Assembly (NCBI RefSeq): GCF_001017655.1
Contig: NZ_CP010904.1
Coordinates: 2,917,724 to 2,949,723, forward strand
Length of the DNA: 32,000 nucleotides
From: Kiritimatiella glycovorans
GTDB lineage: Bacteria; Verrucomicrobiota; Kiritimatiellia; Kiritimatiellales; Kiritimatiellaceae
Direction: 5' to 3'
The notes below the pieces were generated by a model. It saw only the letters and a list, made by a program, of their open reading frames with translations. It did not search any database and had not been told where the DNA came from. Shown here piece by piece: positions 15,694 through 24,661 of the stretch; positions within the stretch are counted from its first letter, which is position 1, and each line of letters starts with the position of its first letter. A program made the translations under genes and the position numbers.

Positions 15694-15978
15694 CCCTTGC
15701 CCTTTTTCACTCACCTGGCCTCCTGATCCGTGAAGATTGCCGCCCACTAAAAATCCTGCGGATCCAAGGGGAAAATGACGCAATGTGCGACCCTCACACT
15801 CGAAGAAGATTGTAGCCTGTCAGTCAGCCATTACAATTATCGTCCTTCGCGAATGGGATGCTAGTGTCCGAATGAAAAAGATGGTGCGCCTGGGCAAACG
15901 GGCGGCGCAAGCGGAACCGGAAAAGATGAAAGGCGCGGCAGCAGAGAACGCACACACGAATAAGCAAAGGCAGGTCCG

Positions 15979-17112
15979 ATGAAAATTCCCGCTGCGATAA
16001 ACGTACGAACGCTCCTGTGCTTCTTTTTCCTTGTGATTGCGGAGACACACGGGTCGGGCCGGATTAACGACCTCGTTGCCGGATCCGGACGTCCGGAACC
16101 GATCGAGGTCGCGAAAGACGGCCACGGTTTTGTGTACGCACAATCCCGCACCCCTTTCGTCGTTTGGGGTGTAAACTACGACCACAATGAGTCCGGCAGG
16201 CTGCTGGAGGATTACTGGGATGACGCGTGGCCGGTCGTCAGGGAAGACTTCCGTGAAATGAAGGCGCTGGGCGCGAACGTCGTCCGTATCCATCTGCAGA
16301 CCGGCTCCTTCTTCGAGGACTCGCGTGCCATCTCGAAGCCGGCGTTACAGAACCTTTCGCGTCTGCTTGAGCTTGCGGAACGGACGGGCCTCTACCTGAA
16401 TATCACGGGTCTCGGGTGCTATCACAAAGACGAAGTGCCCGCCTGGTACGATGCGATGGAGGAATCCGAGCGCTGGAAGATTCAAGCGACGTTCTGGGGG
16501 GCGGTCGCCGCGACCTGCGCGCATTCTCCGGCGGTCTTCTGTTACGACCTTATGAACGAACCGATTCTGCCCGGGCGCGACAAGCCTGCCGACGGGTGGC
16601 TGGCAGGCGAATTCGGCGGGAAACATTTCGTCCAGTACATCACCCGCGATCTGCGGGGACGCACGCGCAGGGCCGTCGCCCGCGCCTGGGTAGAAACGCT
16701 GACCGACGCGATCCGACGCGGCGACCCGGATTCCATGATCACCGTCGGCGTCATCCCCTGGGCCCATACATGGCCGAATGCGAAACCGATCTTCTACTCG
16801 CCGGAGGTGCGCGGGCCGCTCGACTTTGCGTCCGTCCACTTTTACCCGCGTAAAGACAAAGTGGAAAAGGCACTGCGCGCGCTCCAGGTCTACGAGGTCG
16901 GCATGCCGCTGGTGATCGAAGAAATGTTTCCGCTGAGGTGCTCCATCGAGGAGATGAATGCCTTCATCGAAGGCTCGCGCGATATTGCCGACGGATGGAT
17001 CAGCTTCTACTGGGGAACAACCGCGGAAGAGTACCGGGCCGGGGAACGCGATGCGGCTGCACTAATCAAGGCCGCTTGGCTGGATTATTTTGCGAACAAA
17101 AAAATCCGTTGA
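15979..17112 (+). CDS. secreted glycoside hydrolase, GH5-like (cellulase/mannanase-type TIM barrel)
   Basis: Signal peptide MKIPAAINVRTLLCFFFLVIAETHG. GH5-style motifs VVRIHL, YDLMNEP (acid/base Glu), SVHFYP, and VIEEMFP (candidate nucleophile Glu). The 5' region is visibly more AT-rich than neighbouring genes. Confidence 0.6.
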   Translation: MKIPAAINVRTLLCFFFLVIAETHGSGRINDLVAGSGRPEPIEVAKDGHGFVYAQSRTPFVVWGVNYDHNESGRLLEDYWDDAWPVVREDFREMKALGANVVRIHLQTGSFFEDSRAISKPALQNLSRLLELAERTGLYLNITGLGCYHKDEVPAWYDAMEESERWKIQATFWGAVAATCAHSPAVFCYDLMNEPILPGRDKPADGWLAGEFGGKHFVQYITRDLRGRTRRAVARAWVETLTDAIRRGDPDSMITVGVIPWAHTWPNAKPIFYSPEVRGPLDFASVHFYPRKDKVEKALRALQVYEVGMPLVIEEMFPLRCSIEEMNAFIEGSRDIADGWISFYWGTTAEEYRAGERDAAALIKAAWLDYFANKKIR

Positions 17113-17162
17113 GGGGAACCTCCCAACCCCGTGGCCTGTTTAAGAAGCCCCGGCACGCACAC

Positions 17163-17200
17163 CGTTTCGCTGAGTACGAGAACGATGTGACGCGAGACGG
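17163..17200. repeat. fragment of the composite repeat family between convergent genes
   Basis: CGTTTCGCTGAGTACGAGAACGATGTGACGCGAGACGG matches the reverse complement of 5050-5092 (CCGCTTCGCTGAGCACGAGTACGCGTACGTTGTGACGCGAGCGG). Confidence 0.6.
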
Positions 17201-17254
17201 GTTCAGGTTCGGCCGCTAAGATGCCAGTCGTGCCGATTTCTGAATATCGCTTTT

Positions 17255-17884
17255 CTACCGGGATGCCGTCTGCGCCAGCTTATCCAGCTTCATTTCGTCG
17301 ATAAATTTCGCGGCGGTCTTCTCCTGTCCGGCCCCGTCGACTTCGACAACCACCTGCTCATGAACAGCCACGATCCGGCAGTCGTCGGGACCGCGCTGCT
17401 CCGTAAAGATGTACCAGCCCGCTTTTTCATCCAGCGTTATCCCGCGCTGCTTGAGCATCGGCTTCATCATCGCCGCCGATTTGGCCATCTGCCGGTAGGG
17501 CCTGATCAGTTCAGGCGTGTTCGCAATCATCAGGGTCACATCCCGCTTATCCTCTTTACGGATATAGCGGCGCTCGGCCTCCATCACGCGTTTCGGGCCG
17601 GATGAAGTGGCTGCCGACAAGGTATTGGTTTCTGTTCCGTCAATCTCCCACCCCTCCGGCGCCTCGGGGAGAAACGGGACGAAGGACGACGTAATCCGTT
17701 TGCCGATCCGCGCCACCGCCTGCTGCAGCAGGTCGTGGGCCTCCTTGTAGTGCTCGTTTTTATACGCCTTGCGTGCCTTCCCGGTCAGCTCGAGGACCGG
17801 ATCCTGTGCCGCGGAGACGGGAAGCGCGGCAATCAGGCAGACGGCGGAAACAAGGGCGATTCGTGCGGTAACAGAGCGATTCAT
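17255..17884 (-). CDS. hypothetical secreted/periplasmic protein
   Basis: ORF 17255..17920, with start at ATG 17884, preceded by AAGGAG (rc of 17891-17896). Signal peptide MNRSVTARIALVSAVCLIAALPVSAAQ. No recognisable domain. Confidence 0.6.
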   Translation of the reverse strand: MNRSVTARIALVSAVCLIAALPVSAAQDPVLELTGKARKAYKNEHYKEAHDLLQQAVARIGKRITSSFVPFLPEAPEGWEIDGTETNTLSAATSSGPKRVMEAERRYIRKEDKRDVTLMIANTPELIRPYRQMAKSAAMMKPMLKQRGITLDEKAGWYIFTEQRGPDDCRIVAVHEQVVVEVDGAGQEKTAAKFIDEMKLDKLAQTASR

Positions 17885-18105
17885 GACAGCCTCCTTTTCT
17901 TCCGGATCTCTCCATTCCATGCGAAGGCAGTCATCCCATAATCAGGAGGACGTGTCAAAAGACCGCTGCGGCGTGGCCGGGACATGACCCGCCCGGGAGA
18001 AGCAGGGATCAACCGCACCCGCTTATCGATGGCGCCGTCTCCGGCCAGCGGGCCTGATTCTTCCGCGTCAGCGATGCCGGAACAACCGGAGATCGAGTCC
18101 TGCGC

Positions 18106-18774
18106 TCAGCCGGATTTATTCAATGCGCCCTGAAGATGAAGCTTATGTGAAAGCACGGCGAGAGTGGATGCGAGGTCCTCTCGCTGGAGGATAACCTCCT
18201 CCGGCACGTGGAGGCGGGTGGGGGTGAAGTTCCATATTCCGCGTATCCCGCCCGCGACCATTGCGTCGGCCACCTCCTGGGCGACGGCGGCCGGGACGGT
18301 GAGGATACCGAGCCGCACGTGCATCCGTCGCGCGAGATCCGCGAGCCGGTCGATATGCAGCACCGTTTTACCGTAGATCCTGCGGCCGACCGTCCCGGAG
18401 TCGACATCGAACGCGGCGGTGATGCGCAGGCCGTGCTGTTCGAATCCCCTGTACCCGAGCAGGGCCTGACCGAGCGAACCCGTGCCGGCGAGAAACGCGT
18501 CGGTGGTGTTCGACCAGCCGAGAAACTCCTCGACGGACTCGATCAGTTCATGCAGCGGAAATCCCAGCCGGGGTTTTCCCCGCGCGCCGGTGATTGCAAG
18601 GTCTTTACGGACAACGATCGGGTCCAGCTCCAGTTCGCGCGCCAGAACGGCGCCGGAGGCGTATTCCGCGCCCTCTTCGCGCATCCGTCGCAGCAGACGG
18701 AGATAAAGGGGGAGCCGCTTGAGCGTCGGCACCCCCGCCGTCTTACATGCCATGGCGTCCGGTTGATCACTCAT
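18106..18774 (-). CDS. rex: redox-sensing transcriptional repressor Rex
   Basis: N-terminal winged-helix (TLKRLPLYLRLL), Rossmann loop AGTGSLGQALLGY, and Rex-typical ILTVPAAVAQEVADAMVAGGIRGIWNFTP. The start is uncertain: ATG 18774, GTG 18792 or ATG 18753. Confidence 0.88.
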   Translation of the reverse strand: MSDQPDAMACKTAGVPTLKRLPLYLRLLRRMREEGAEYASGAVLARELELDPIVVRKDLAITGARGKPRLGFPLHELIESVEEFLGWSNTTDAFLAGTGSLGQALLGYRGFEQHGLRITAAFDVDSGTVGRRIYGKTVLHIDRLADLARRMHVRLGILTVPAAVAQEVADAMVAGGIRGIWNFTPTRLHVPEEVILQREDLASTLAVLSHKLHLQGALNKSG

Positions 18775-18922
18775 GACCCGTGAGTTAAACACGGGCCCCG
18801 CTATATTACGATCTTTTTCAATCGATATTATTATATTTATTGCTTGCCCGCCCGGCGCGCGCAGTGTATCGGTGTTTATATATCGATATCAGAGGAGCTA
18901 TATTAACGAGGGGGGGTACTCC
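18775..18922. promoter_or_regulatory. divergent rex / adhE control region with an AT-rich core and palindromes
   Basis: Inverted repeat CCCGTG-agttaaa-CACGGG (18777-18795). AT-rich stretch 18800-18845. ATCGATAT occurs twice (18821-18828, 18882-18889), the second inside the perfect 10-bp palindrome ATATCGATAT (18880-18889). Candidate -10 TATATT 18899-18904. A G7 tract (18910-18916) serves as the only SD-like element for adhE. Confidence 0.45.
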
Positions 18923-21502
18923 ATGACGGATGAAGCGAAAAAGGTATTGCAGGAGATGGTCGATCGTGTGCGAACGGCGCAGGAGCGCTATGCCGTGTTT
19001 GATCAGGAGGCGGTGGACGGGATATTCCGCCACGCCGCCCTCGCGGCGAACCGTGAACGCATCCGGCTTGCCCGCATGGCGGCGGAAGAGACCGGCATGG
19101 GCATCGTGGAGGATAAGGTCATCAAAAACCACTTCGCGAGTGAATTCATCTACAACAAGTACAAGGACACCCAGACCTGTGGGGTACTGGAGGAGGACCC
19201 CTCGTTCGGGATCCGCCGCATCGCGGAGCCGATCGGGGTAATCGCGGGCGTCGTGCCGACCACCAATCCCACCTCGACCGCGATTTTCAAGGCGCTGCTC
19301 GCCCTGAAAACCCGCAACGGCATCATTTTTTCGCCGCACCCGCGCGCAAAAGCGTGCACGGCGGAGGCCGCTCGAGTGGTCGGGCGTGCAGCCGTCGAAG
19401 CCGGCGCGCCGGAGGGTTTGATCGCCTGCATTGAGGAGCCTGCCGTCGAATTGTCGAACGCGCTTATGAAGCATCCCGACATCCGTCTCGTCCTGGCGAC
19501 CGGAGGGCCGGGCATGGTTCGCGCCGCCTACAGCAGCGGCAAGCCGGCGCTCGGCGTGGGAGCGGGCAATACACCGGCGGTGATCGATGAAACCGCCTGC
19601 GTGCGGACGGCCGTCAACAGCATCCTGCTCAGCAAGACATTCGACCACGGCGTCATCTGCGCCAGCGAACAGAGCGCCGTAGCCGTGGACGCGGTTTACG
19701 GCGAGGTCCGCGACGAGTTCGAGCGGCGCGGGGCGGCTATACTTACGCCCGGCCAGAAAGAAAAAGTCGGCGCCGTACTGCTCAAAGACGGAAAACTGAA
19801 CGCGGCGAACGTAGGCCAGCCAGCGGCAAAGATTGCCGCCGCAGCGGGCATCGAGGTGCCGCCGGAAACAAAGGTGCTCGTCGCCGAGGTCGATGAGGTC
19901 GGCGAACACGAACCCTTTGCCTTCGAGAAGCTCAGCCCGGTGCTGGCCCTCTACCGTGCCCCCGCATTCGACCGGGCCGTGGACCGGGCCGTGGAGCTGG
20001 TGACGTTCGGAGGAATCGGTCACACCTCGGTGCTGTATACCGATCCCCGCAATACGGAGCGCATCGACCGCTTCGGCGCGCGCATGAAGACCGGCCGGGT
20101 GCTGGTCAACATGCCCAGCAGCCAGGGCGCCATCGGCGATATCTACAACTTCAAACTCGAACCCTCGCTCACCCTCGGCTGCGGGAGCTGGGGCGGCAAC
20201 AGCGTGAGCGAAAACGTGGGGGTCAAACACCTGATGAACATCAAGACCGTGGCGGAACGGCGCGAGAACATGCTCTGGTTCCGGGTACCGCCGAAAGTGT
20301 ACTTCAAGTACGGCTGCCTGCCGGTCGCGATGGGTGAACTGGCCGGGCGGAAGCGCGCGCTTATCGTGACTGACAAGCCGCTCTACGATCTCGGCTTCGC
20401 CGACCGCATCGCCACGGTGCTCGACGGGATGGGCATCGATCACCAGACCTTCTATGATGTCCGGCCCGACCCCGATCTGGCCACGGTCCGCGCGGGACTG
20501 AAGGTGATGACCACGTTCCGGCCGGATGTCGTGATCGCACTGGGAGGCGGCTCGCCGATGGACGCCGCCAAGATCATGTGGCTCATGTATGAAAATCCGG
20601 GCATGAAGTTCGAGGACATGGCGATGCGGTTCATGGACATCCGCAAGCGGATCTACGCTTTCCCCGAAACGGGTCGCAGGGCGATCCTGGTCGCCGTGCC
20701 GACAACCAGTGGTACGGGTTCGGAAGTGACGCCTTTCGCGGTGGTCACCGACGACGCGACCGGGGCCAAGTACCCGATCGCGGACTACGCGCTGACGCCG
20801 GACATGGCGATCGTCGATCCGGAGCTGGTGATGCACATGCCGGCGAACCTGACGGCGTACGGCGGCGTGGATGCCCTGACACATGCCCTCGAGGCGATCG
20901 TCAGCGTCCTGAGCACGGAGTTCACAAACTGCCAGGCTCTGGAGGCGGTCAGGCTGCTGTTCAAGTACCTCCCCGACGCCTACGAGCACGGTGCGGCGGA
21001 CCGCAAAGCACGCGAGAAGGTTCATTACGCGGCGACCTTGGCGGGCATGGCGTTCGCCAATGCCTTCCTCGGCGTCTGCCACAGCATGGCGCACAAGCTC
21101 GGCGCCGCGTTCGACCTGCCGCACGGTCTGGCCAACGCGCTGCTGATCGGCGAGGTGATCCGCTACAACGCCACGGACCGACCGCTCAAACAGGCCGCCT
21201 TCCCGCAATACAGCTGGCCGACGGCCAGGGAGCGGTACGCGCGGGTTGCGGACTACCTGCAGCTCGGCGGCGCAACCCCGGACGAGAAGGTGGAACGGCT
21301 GATCGCCGCGGTCGGGGACCTGAAGCAGCGGCTGGACATACCGGCGACGATACGGGAGGCCGGGGTCCCCGAGGGTGCATTCCGGGAACGTCTCGACGAG
21401 CTGGCTGAAGATGCGTTCGACGATCAGTGCACAGGCGCCAACCCGCGCTACCCGCTCATCGGCGAACTCCGCCGTCTCTACCGTCGTGCGTACGGGAAAT
21501 AA
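18923..21502 (+). CDS. adhE: bifunctional acetaldehyde-CoA / alcohol dehydrogenase
   Basis: 859-aa product from ATG 18923. N-terminal aldehyde dehydrogenase half (VPTTNPTST, FDHGVICASEQS) fused to a C-terminal iron-type ADH half (GGGSPMDAAK, PTTSGTGSEVTPFAV, HSMAHKLG). Confidence 0.95.
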   Translation: MTDEAKKVLQEMVDRVRTAQERYAVFDQEAVDGIFRHAALAANRERIRLARMAAEETGMGIVEDKVIKNHFASEFIYNKYKDTQTCGVLEEDPSFGIRRIAEPIGVIAGVVPTTNPTSTAIFKALLALKTRNGIIFSPHPRAKACTAEAARVVGRAAVEAGAPEGLIACIEEPAVELSNALMKHPDIRLVLATGGPGMVRAAYSSGKPALGVGAGNTPAVIDETACVRTAVNSILLSKTFDHGVICASEQSAVAVDAVYGEVRDEFERRGAAILTPGQKEKVGAVLLKDGKLNAANVGQPAAKIAAAAGIEVPPETKVLVAEVDEVGEHEPFAFEKLSPVLALYRAPAFDRAVDRAVELVTFGGIGHTSVLYTDPRNTERIDRFGARMKTGRVLVNMPSSQGAIGDIYNFKLEPSLTLGCGSWGGNSVSENVGVKHLMNIKTVAERRENMLWFRVPPKVYFKYGCLPVAMGELAGRKRALIVTDKPLYDLGFADRIATVLDGMGIDHQTFYDVRPDPDLATVRAGLKVMTTFRPDVVIALGGGSPMDAAKIMWLMYENPGMKFEDMAMRFMDIRKRIYAFPETGRRAILVAVPTTSGTGSEVTPFAVVTDDATGAKYPIADYALTPDMAIVDPELVMHMPANLTAYGGVDALTHALEAIVSVLSTEFTNCQALEAVRLLFKYLPDAYEHGAADRKAREKVHYAATLAGMAFANAFLGVCHSMAHKLGAAFDLPHGLANALLIGEVIRYNATDRPLKQAAFPQYSWPTARERYARVADYLQLGGATPDEKVERLIAAVGDLKQRLDIPATIREAGVPEGAFRERLDELAEDAFDDQCTGANPRYPLIGELRRLYRRAYGK

Positions 21503-21513
21503 CCGCGGCGGCG

Positions 21514-21534
21514 TCCCGGAGCCGTATTCCGGGA
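21514..21534 (+). terminator. hairpin 12 nt downstream of the adhE stop (no T-tract)
   Basis: TCCCGGA (21514-21520), loop GCCGTAT, TCCGGGA (21528-21534). A second small hairpin is CCCGC..GCGGG at 21552-21567. It sits between convergent genes. Confidence 0.3.
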
Positions 21535-21577
21535 AGCGCGGCAGAACCGGACCCGCCGTTAAGCGGGCGGCCGGGCC

Positions 21578-22729
21578 TCACCCGTCGCCCCGCGGGGCGG
21601 CGGGCGCCTGTCCGTCTTCGTCGGCCTTCTTCTCCCGGACCAGCTCGGCGCGGGGCGTGAGCATCTTATCGGCCTCAGCGGCGGGAACGACGTAACGCCA
21701 GTCGGCGAAGCGCTGTTGCTGCTTTTCGAGCTTCTCCTTCGCCTCGCGCACTTTTTCGCGGCGGGACTCGAGCTGCTGTTCATAGCGCTTCTGTGCCGCT
21801 TCACCGGGCTTTTCGCCTTCGGCGGCCGGCGCGGGCTTTTCGGGTTCGGGCGGCGCTTCGTAGGCGACGGCCATCTTCAAGTAGCGTCCCCCGGGGGCGT
21901 CGGCGCCGAGCATGAGCGTGTAGGTAAAGCCGTCCTCGCCCTCCACGCGCACGGTGTCCGGCCGGTCCAGCCCGAGCTGCGCGTCCGTTTTGCCGGGATC
22001 GGCCACCGCCGTGAACTCGACCGGGCTGAAGGCGCCGCGCAGGCTGCGCAGGGCCGAGTCTTTCATTTCCATGCCTTCGGCCAGTTCCGCGAGCTGCAGC
22101 GATCCGCCTTCCTTGACGAGCGTGTAGGACTCGTCTCCGGCGGGATCGACCTCGAGACGCGTGATCCTGTATGAGGGAATGCGCACCAGCTCACTGTCGA
22201 CCCATTCCAGCGGATCCGGCTTCCACTCGCGCAGCGCGGAATCAATCATCACCACCGGCTTTGCGTCGAGCCGCACATAGCGGCCGCCGCCGGCGCGCCG
22301 TCCGGAATCCTGCCGGTCCCCCATCCTGAGTTCGGCCAGCACATTCCCCCCGCCGTCCTTGAGGCGCAGGAGCTGCTCGTCCTCGCCGAGTCCGTAAGTC
22401 GAGGGGGTTTCAAGCCCGTCGTACACGCGCTGCACGACGCTCACCTCGCTCAGTTCGCGGAGCCGGCGGGCCAGTTCGGAAAAGTCGACCGGGTAATCGT
22501 GGAGCGCGGGACAGCGCCAGGTCTCTCCGGGGCGGGACAGCGTGAGGCTCTTTTCCGAAGCCGTCAGCTCGATTTCCCGCACCGCGTTGATGTCGAGACC
22601 GGTGAACAGCTCCTCGCCCGGCTGCGGCCCCTCCGCGTCCTGCCGGTCGCCGCGGCGGCCCTGCAGGACGGCGATTCCGATCAGTACCGCCAGCACAAGC
22701 ACGAGGGTAATCAGCTTATGATGCGACAT
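21578..22729 (-). CDS. DUF4340-like protein (fourth gene of the GldG-type ABC cluster)
   Basis: ORF 21578..22756, with start at ATG 22729 preceded by AAGGAG. Single N-terminal TM helix (HHKLITLVLVLAVLIGIAVL). Its position immediately after a GldG-like gene is the usual DUF4340 context. Lys/Glu-rich C-terminus. Confidence 0.55.
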   Translation of the reverse strand: MSHHKLITLVLVLAVLIGIAVLQGRRGDRQDAEGPQPGEELFTGLDINAVREIELTASEKSLTLSRPGETWRCPALHDYPVDFSELARRLRELSEVSVVQRVYDGLETPSTYGLGEDEQLLRLKDGGGNVLAELRMGDRQDSGRRAGGGRYVRLDAKPVVMIDSALREWKPDPLEWVDSELVRIPSYRITRLEVDPAGDESYTLVKEGGSLQLAELAEGMEMKDSALRSLRGAFSPVEFTAVADPGKTDAQLGLDRPDTVRVEGEDGFTYTLMLGADAPGGRYLKMAVAYEAPPEPEKPAPAAEGEKPGEAAQKRYEQQLESRREKVREAKEKLEKQQQRFADWRYVVPAAEADKMLTPRAELVREKKADEDGQAPAAPRGDG

Positions 22730-22742
22730 AACCTCTACTCCT

Positions 22743-24647
22743 TTATCTTCCCGCACGCCGGCGCCGGATGCCGTGTACGACGCCGAAGACCGCGACCACG
22801 AGGGGCACGGCGCCGATATTGATGACCTTGAGCATCAGCCCGAGCTTTTCGATATCACGCCGGAGATTCTTACGGACCTCCTTGAGCTGCTGCTGGATTT
22901 CAAAGCGTTTGGTGCGGAACTTCTCGATCTCGTCCTTCTGCTCCGGCGAGAGGATGTATTCCTGCTGGTCCTCCCGGGCGCGTTGCAGTTCGCGCAGCCG
23001 TCCCTGCAGTTCGCGCAGCTCCTGCTGAAGCCGCTCTTCCTCCGCTTTCCAGCGCTCCTCCGCCCTGCGCTCGAGTTCGCGCACCTTTGTGAACGGGCGG
23101 TCGTACGAGCCGCGGCTGCGCAGCCCGATCAGGGCCTCGCTGCCGGTTATCTGTTCGACCAGGTTCAGGGCGAAGTTGAGGTTGTCGTTGAGCGGCCGGC
23201 TGGTCGTCTGGCCGAAGAAGTTCATCTCCTCGATGCAAAACCGGTCGTAAAGCATATCCGCATCCCCCACCAGCACCGCGATCGCATCGCCGTCGCTCTG
23301 ATCGATGTGCGCTTCGGTCTCCTGCGTCTGCTCTTCCGGCTCTCCGTTCCCGTCCTCTTCGCCCGCGGCCTGCGGATCCTCCGGCGGACCGTCCGGGAAG
23401 GCGGAGGCGAACGAGCCGCTCACGCGCAGCGCCAGGGTACGGGTCTCCGCCGCTCCGGCGGGGCGCCCGCCGCCGAACTGCGCCTGCATGCCCTGCTGGA
23501 GGCGCGCATCGCCGCTCGATTCGATCAGCCGGTCGACCTCTACGCCGTCCTTCGGCGTAACGTCAAACGCCCCGGCGAACGGCATCAGCATGAAGTTCAG
23601 ACCGCTCGTGGCGGGATCCTCGGGATCGAAGCCGCTCTCGCGCACGCTGAGGAACGTATTGTTGCGTTCGGCGCGCCCCTGCCCCGCCCCGACCATACTG
23701 CCCAGCGCCGGGTCCCAGACCACGCCCTGCGCGGAGCGGATGCCCCAGCCTCCGGTCAGGCGGTCCAGGTTCGAGGCCATGCCCTGCTGCATCGCCTGCA
23801 TCCCGCCCATCGGGCTGGTCATCTGCTGCACGAGGCACATCGGGTCGGTGAACGCCAGCAGCCGGCCGCCGCGCAGCACGAACTGGTCGATCGCGTAGAG
23901 CGTCTTTTCGGACAGTCCCGCCGGATGAACCAGCAGGAGGGCGTCGAGGTCTTCCGGGATCGTTTCCGCGGAGGTCTCCACGCGGCGCACCTCCACCTGC
24001 TTGCGCAGCTCCTCGACCAGTGCCCACGGGCCGCCGCCGCGCTGCTGCGGGTTGTAGGGATTGCGCGGCGCGCCCATGACGGGCAGCGGGCTGAGTACGC
24101 CCAGCACCGGCTGATCCTCGCGCGTGACCTCGTACAGCATGCGCGTCAGGTGGTACTCGAGGCGCGGCTCCATCTGGGGGGCGAGGAACGGCAGGACCGC
24201 CTCCTGCTTCCCGCTGACCGCCACCACGCCGAAGTAGAGCCCGGCCGGCGAAAAGGGATCGACGGACTGACTCTCCAGCCCGTAGCGCATCGCCCATTCC
24301 TCCGCATCCGAATCGGGCTTCGGATCGTATTTCTCGAGGATGATGCGGCCCCCGGACCGGGCGCGGTACTCCTGGAGCAGATCGTACACCCGGTCCGCGT
24401 ACTGCCGCAGCGCCACGGGCGTGTCCTCGTTGCTCCGGGAAAAGAAGAACTTCAGCGTCACCGTACGCGGCAGTTCGGACAGGATTTCCCCGGTGCCCTC
24501 CGAGAGCGTGTACAGATTCTCCGCGGTCATGTCCGACCGCAGGCGCAGGGGCGCAAAGACGACATTGAGGGCCACGACGATCGCGAGCACGAGAAAGACG
24601 CCCGTGACGCCGGCCAGCCGATGGTACTGGGATGCACGTCCGCTCAT
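22743..24647 (-). CDS. GldG-like ABC-transporter auxiliary protein (ABC-type uncharacterized transport system)
   Basis: N-terminal TM helix, a large extracytoplasmic region with GldG-family-like blocks (ENLYTLSEGT, VTLKFFFS), an acidic insert (EDPQAAGEEDGNGEPEEQTQE), a C-terminal coiled-coil and a TM anchor. AGGAG precedes ATG 24647. Confidence 0.65.
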   Translation of the reverse strand: MSGRASQYHRLAGVTGVFLVLAIVVALNVVFAPLRLRSDMTAENLYTLSEGTGEILSELPRTVTLKFFFSRSNEDTPVALRQYADRVYDLLQEYRARSGGRIILEKYDPKPDSDAEEWAMRYGLESQSVDPFSPAGLYFGVVAVSGKQEAVLPFLAPQMEPRLEYHLTRMLYEVTREDQPVLGVLSPLPVMGAPRNPYNPQQRGGGPWALVEELRKQVEVRRVETSAETIPEDLDALLLVHPAGLSEKTLYAIDQFVLRGGRLLAFTDPMCLVQQMTSPMGGMQAMQQGMASNLDRLTGGWGIRSAQGVVWDPALGSMVGAGQGRAERNNTFLSVRESGFDPEDPATSGLNFMLMPFAGAFDVTPKDGVEVDRLIESSGDARLQQGMQAQFGGGRPAGAAETRTLALRVSGSFASAFPDGPPEDPQAAGEEDGNGEPEEQTQETEAHIDQSDGDAIAVLVGDADMLYDRFCIEEMNFFGQTTSRPLNDNLNFALNLVEQITGSEALIGLRSRGSYDRPFTKVRELERRAEERWKAEEERLQQELRELQGRLRELQRAREDQQEYILSPEQKDEIEKFRTKRFEIQQQLKEVRKNLRRDIEKLGLMLKVINIGAVPLVVAVFGVVHGIRRRRAGR

Positions 24648-24661
24648 GATTCGAACACTCC

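Noticed and set aside
15820-16293. ORF 15820..16293(-), 157 aa, as a gene divergent from the repeat region
   Set aside because: It overlaps the signal peptide and N-terminal barrel of the better-supported GH5-like gene on the opposite strand, and it has no motifs or RBS.
18775-18922. Canonical Rex operator TTGTGAA-N4-TTCACAA in the rex-adhE intergenic region
   Set aside because: No match was found. The closest candidate, GTGAgttaaaCAC, has the wrong spacing by one position, so I report the palindromes only as candidates.
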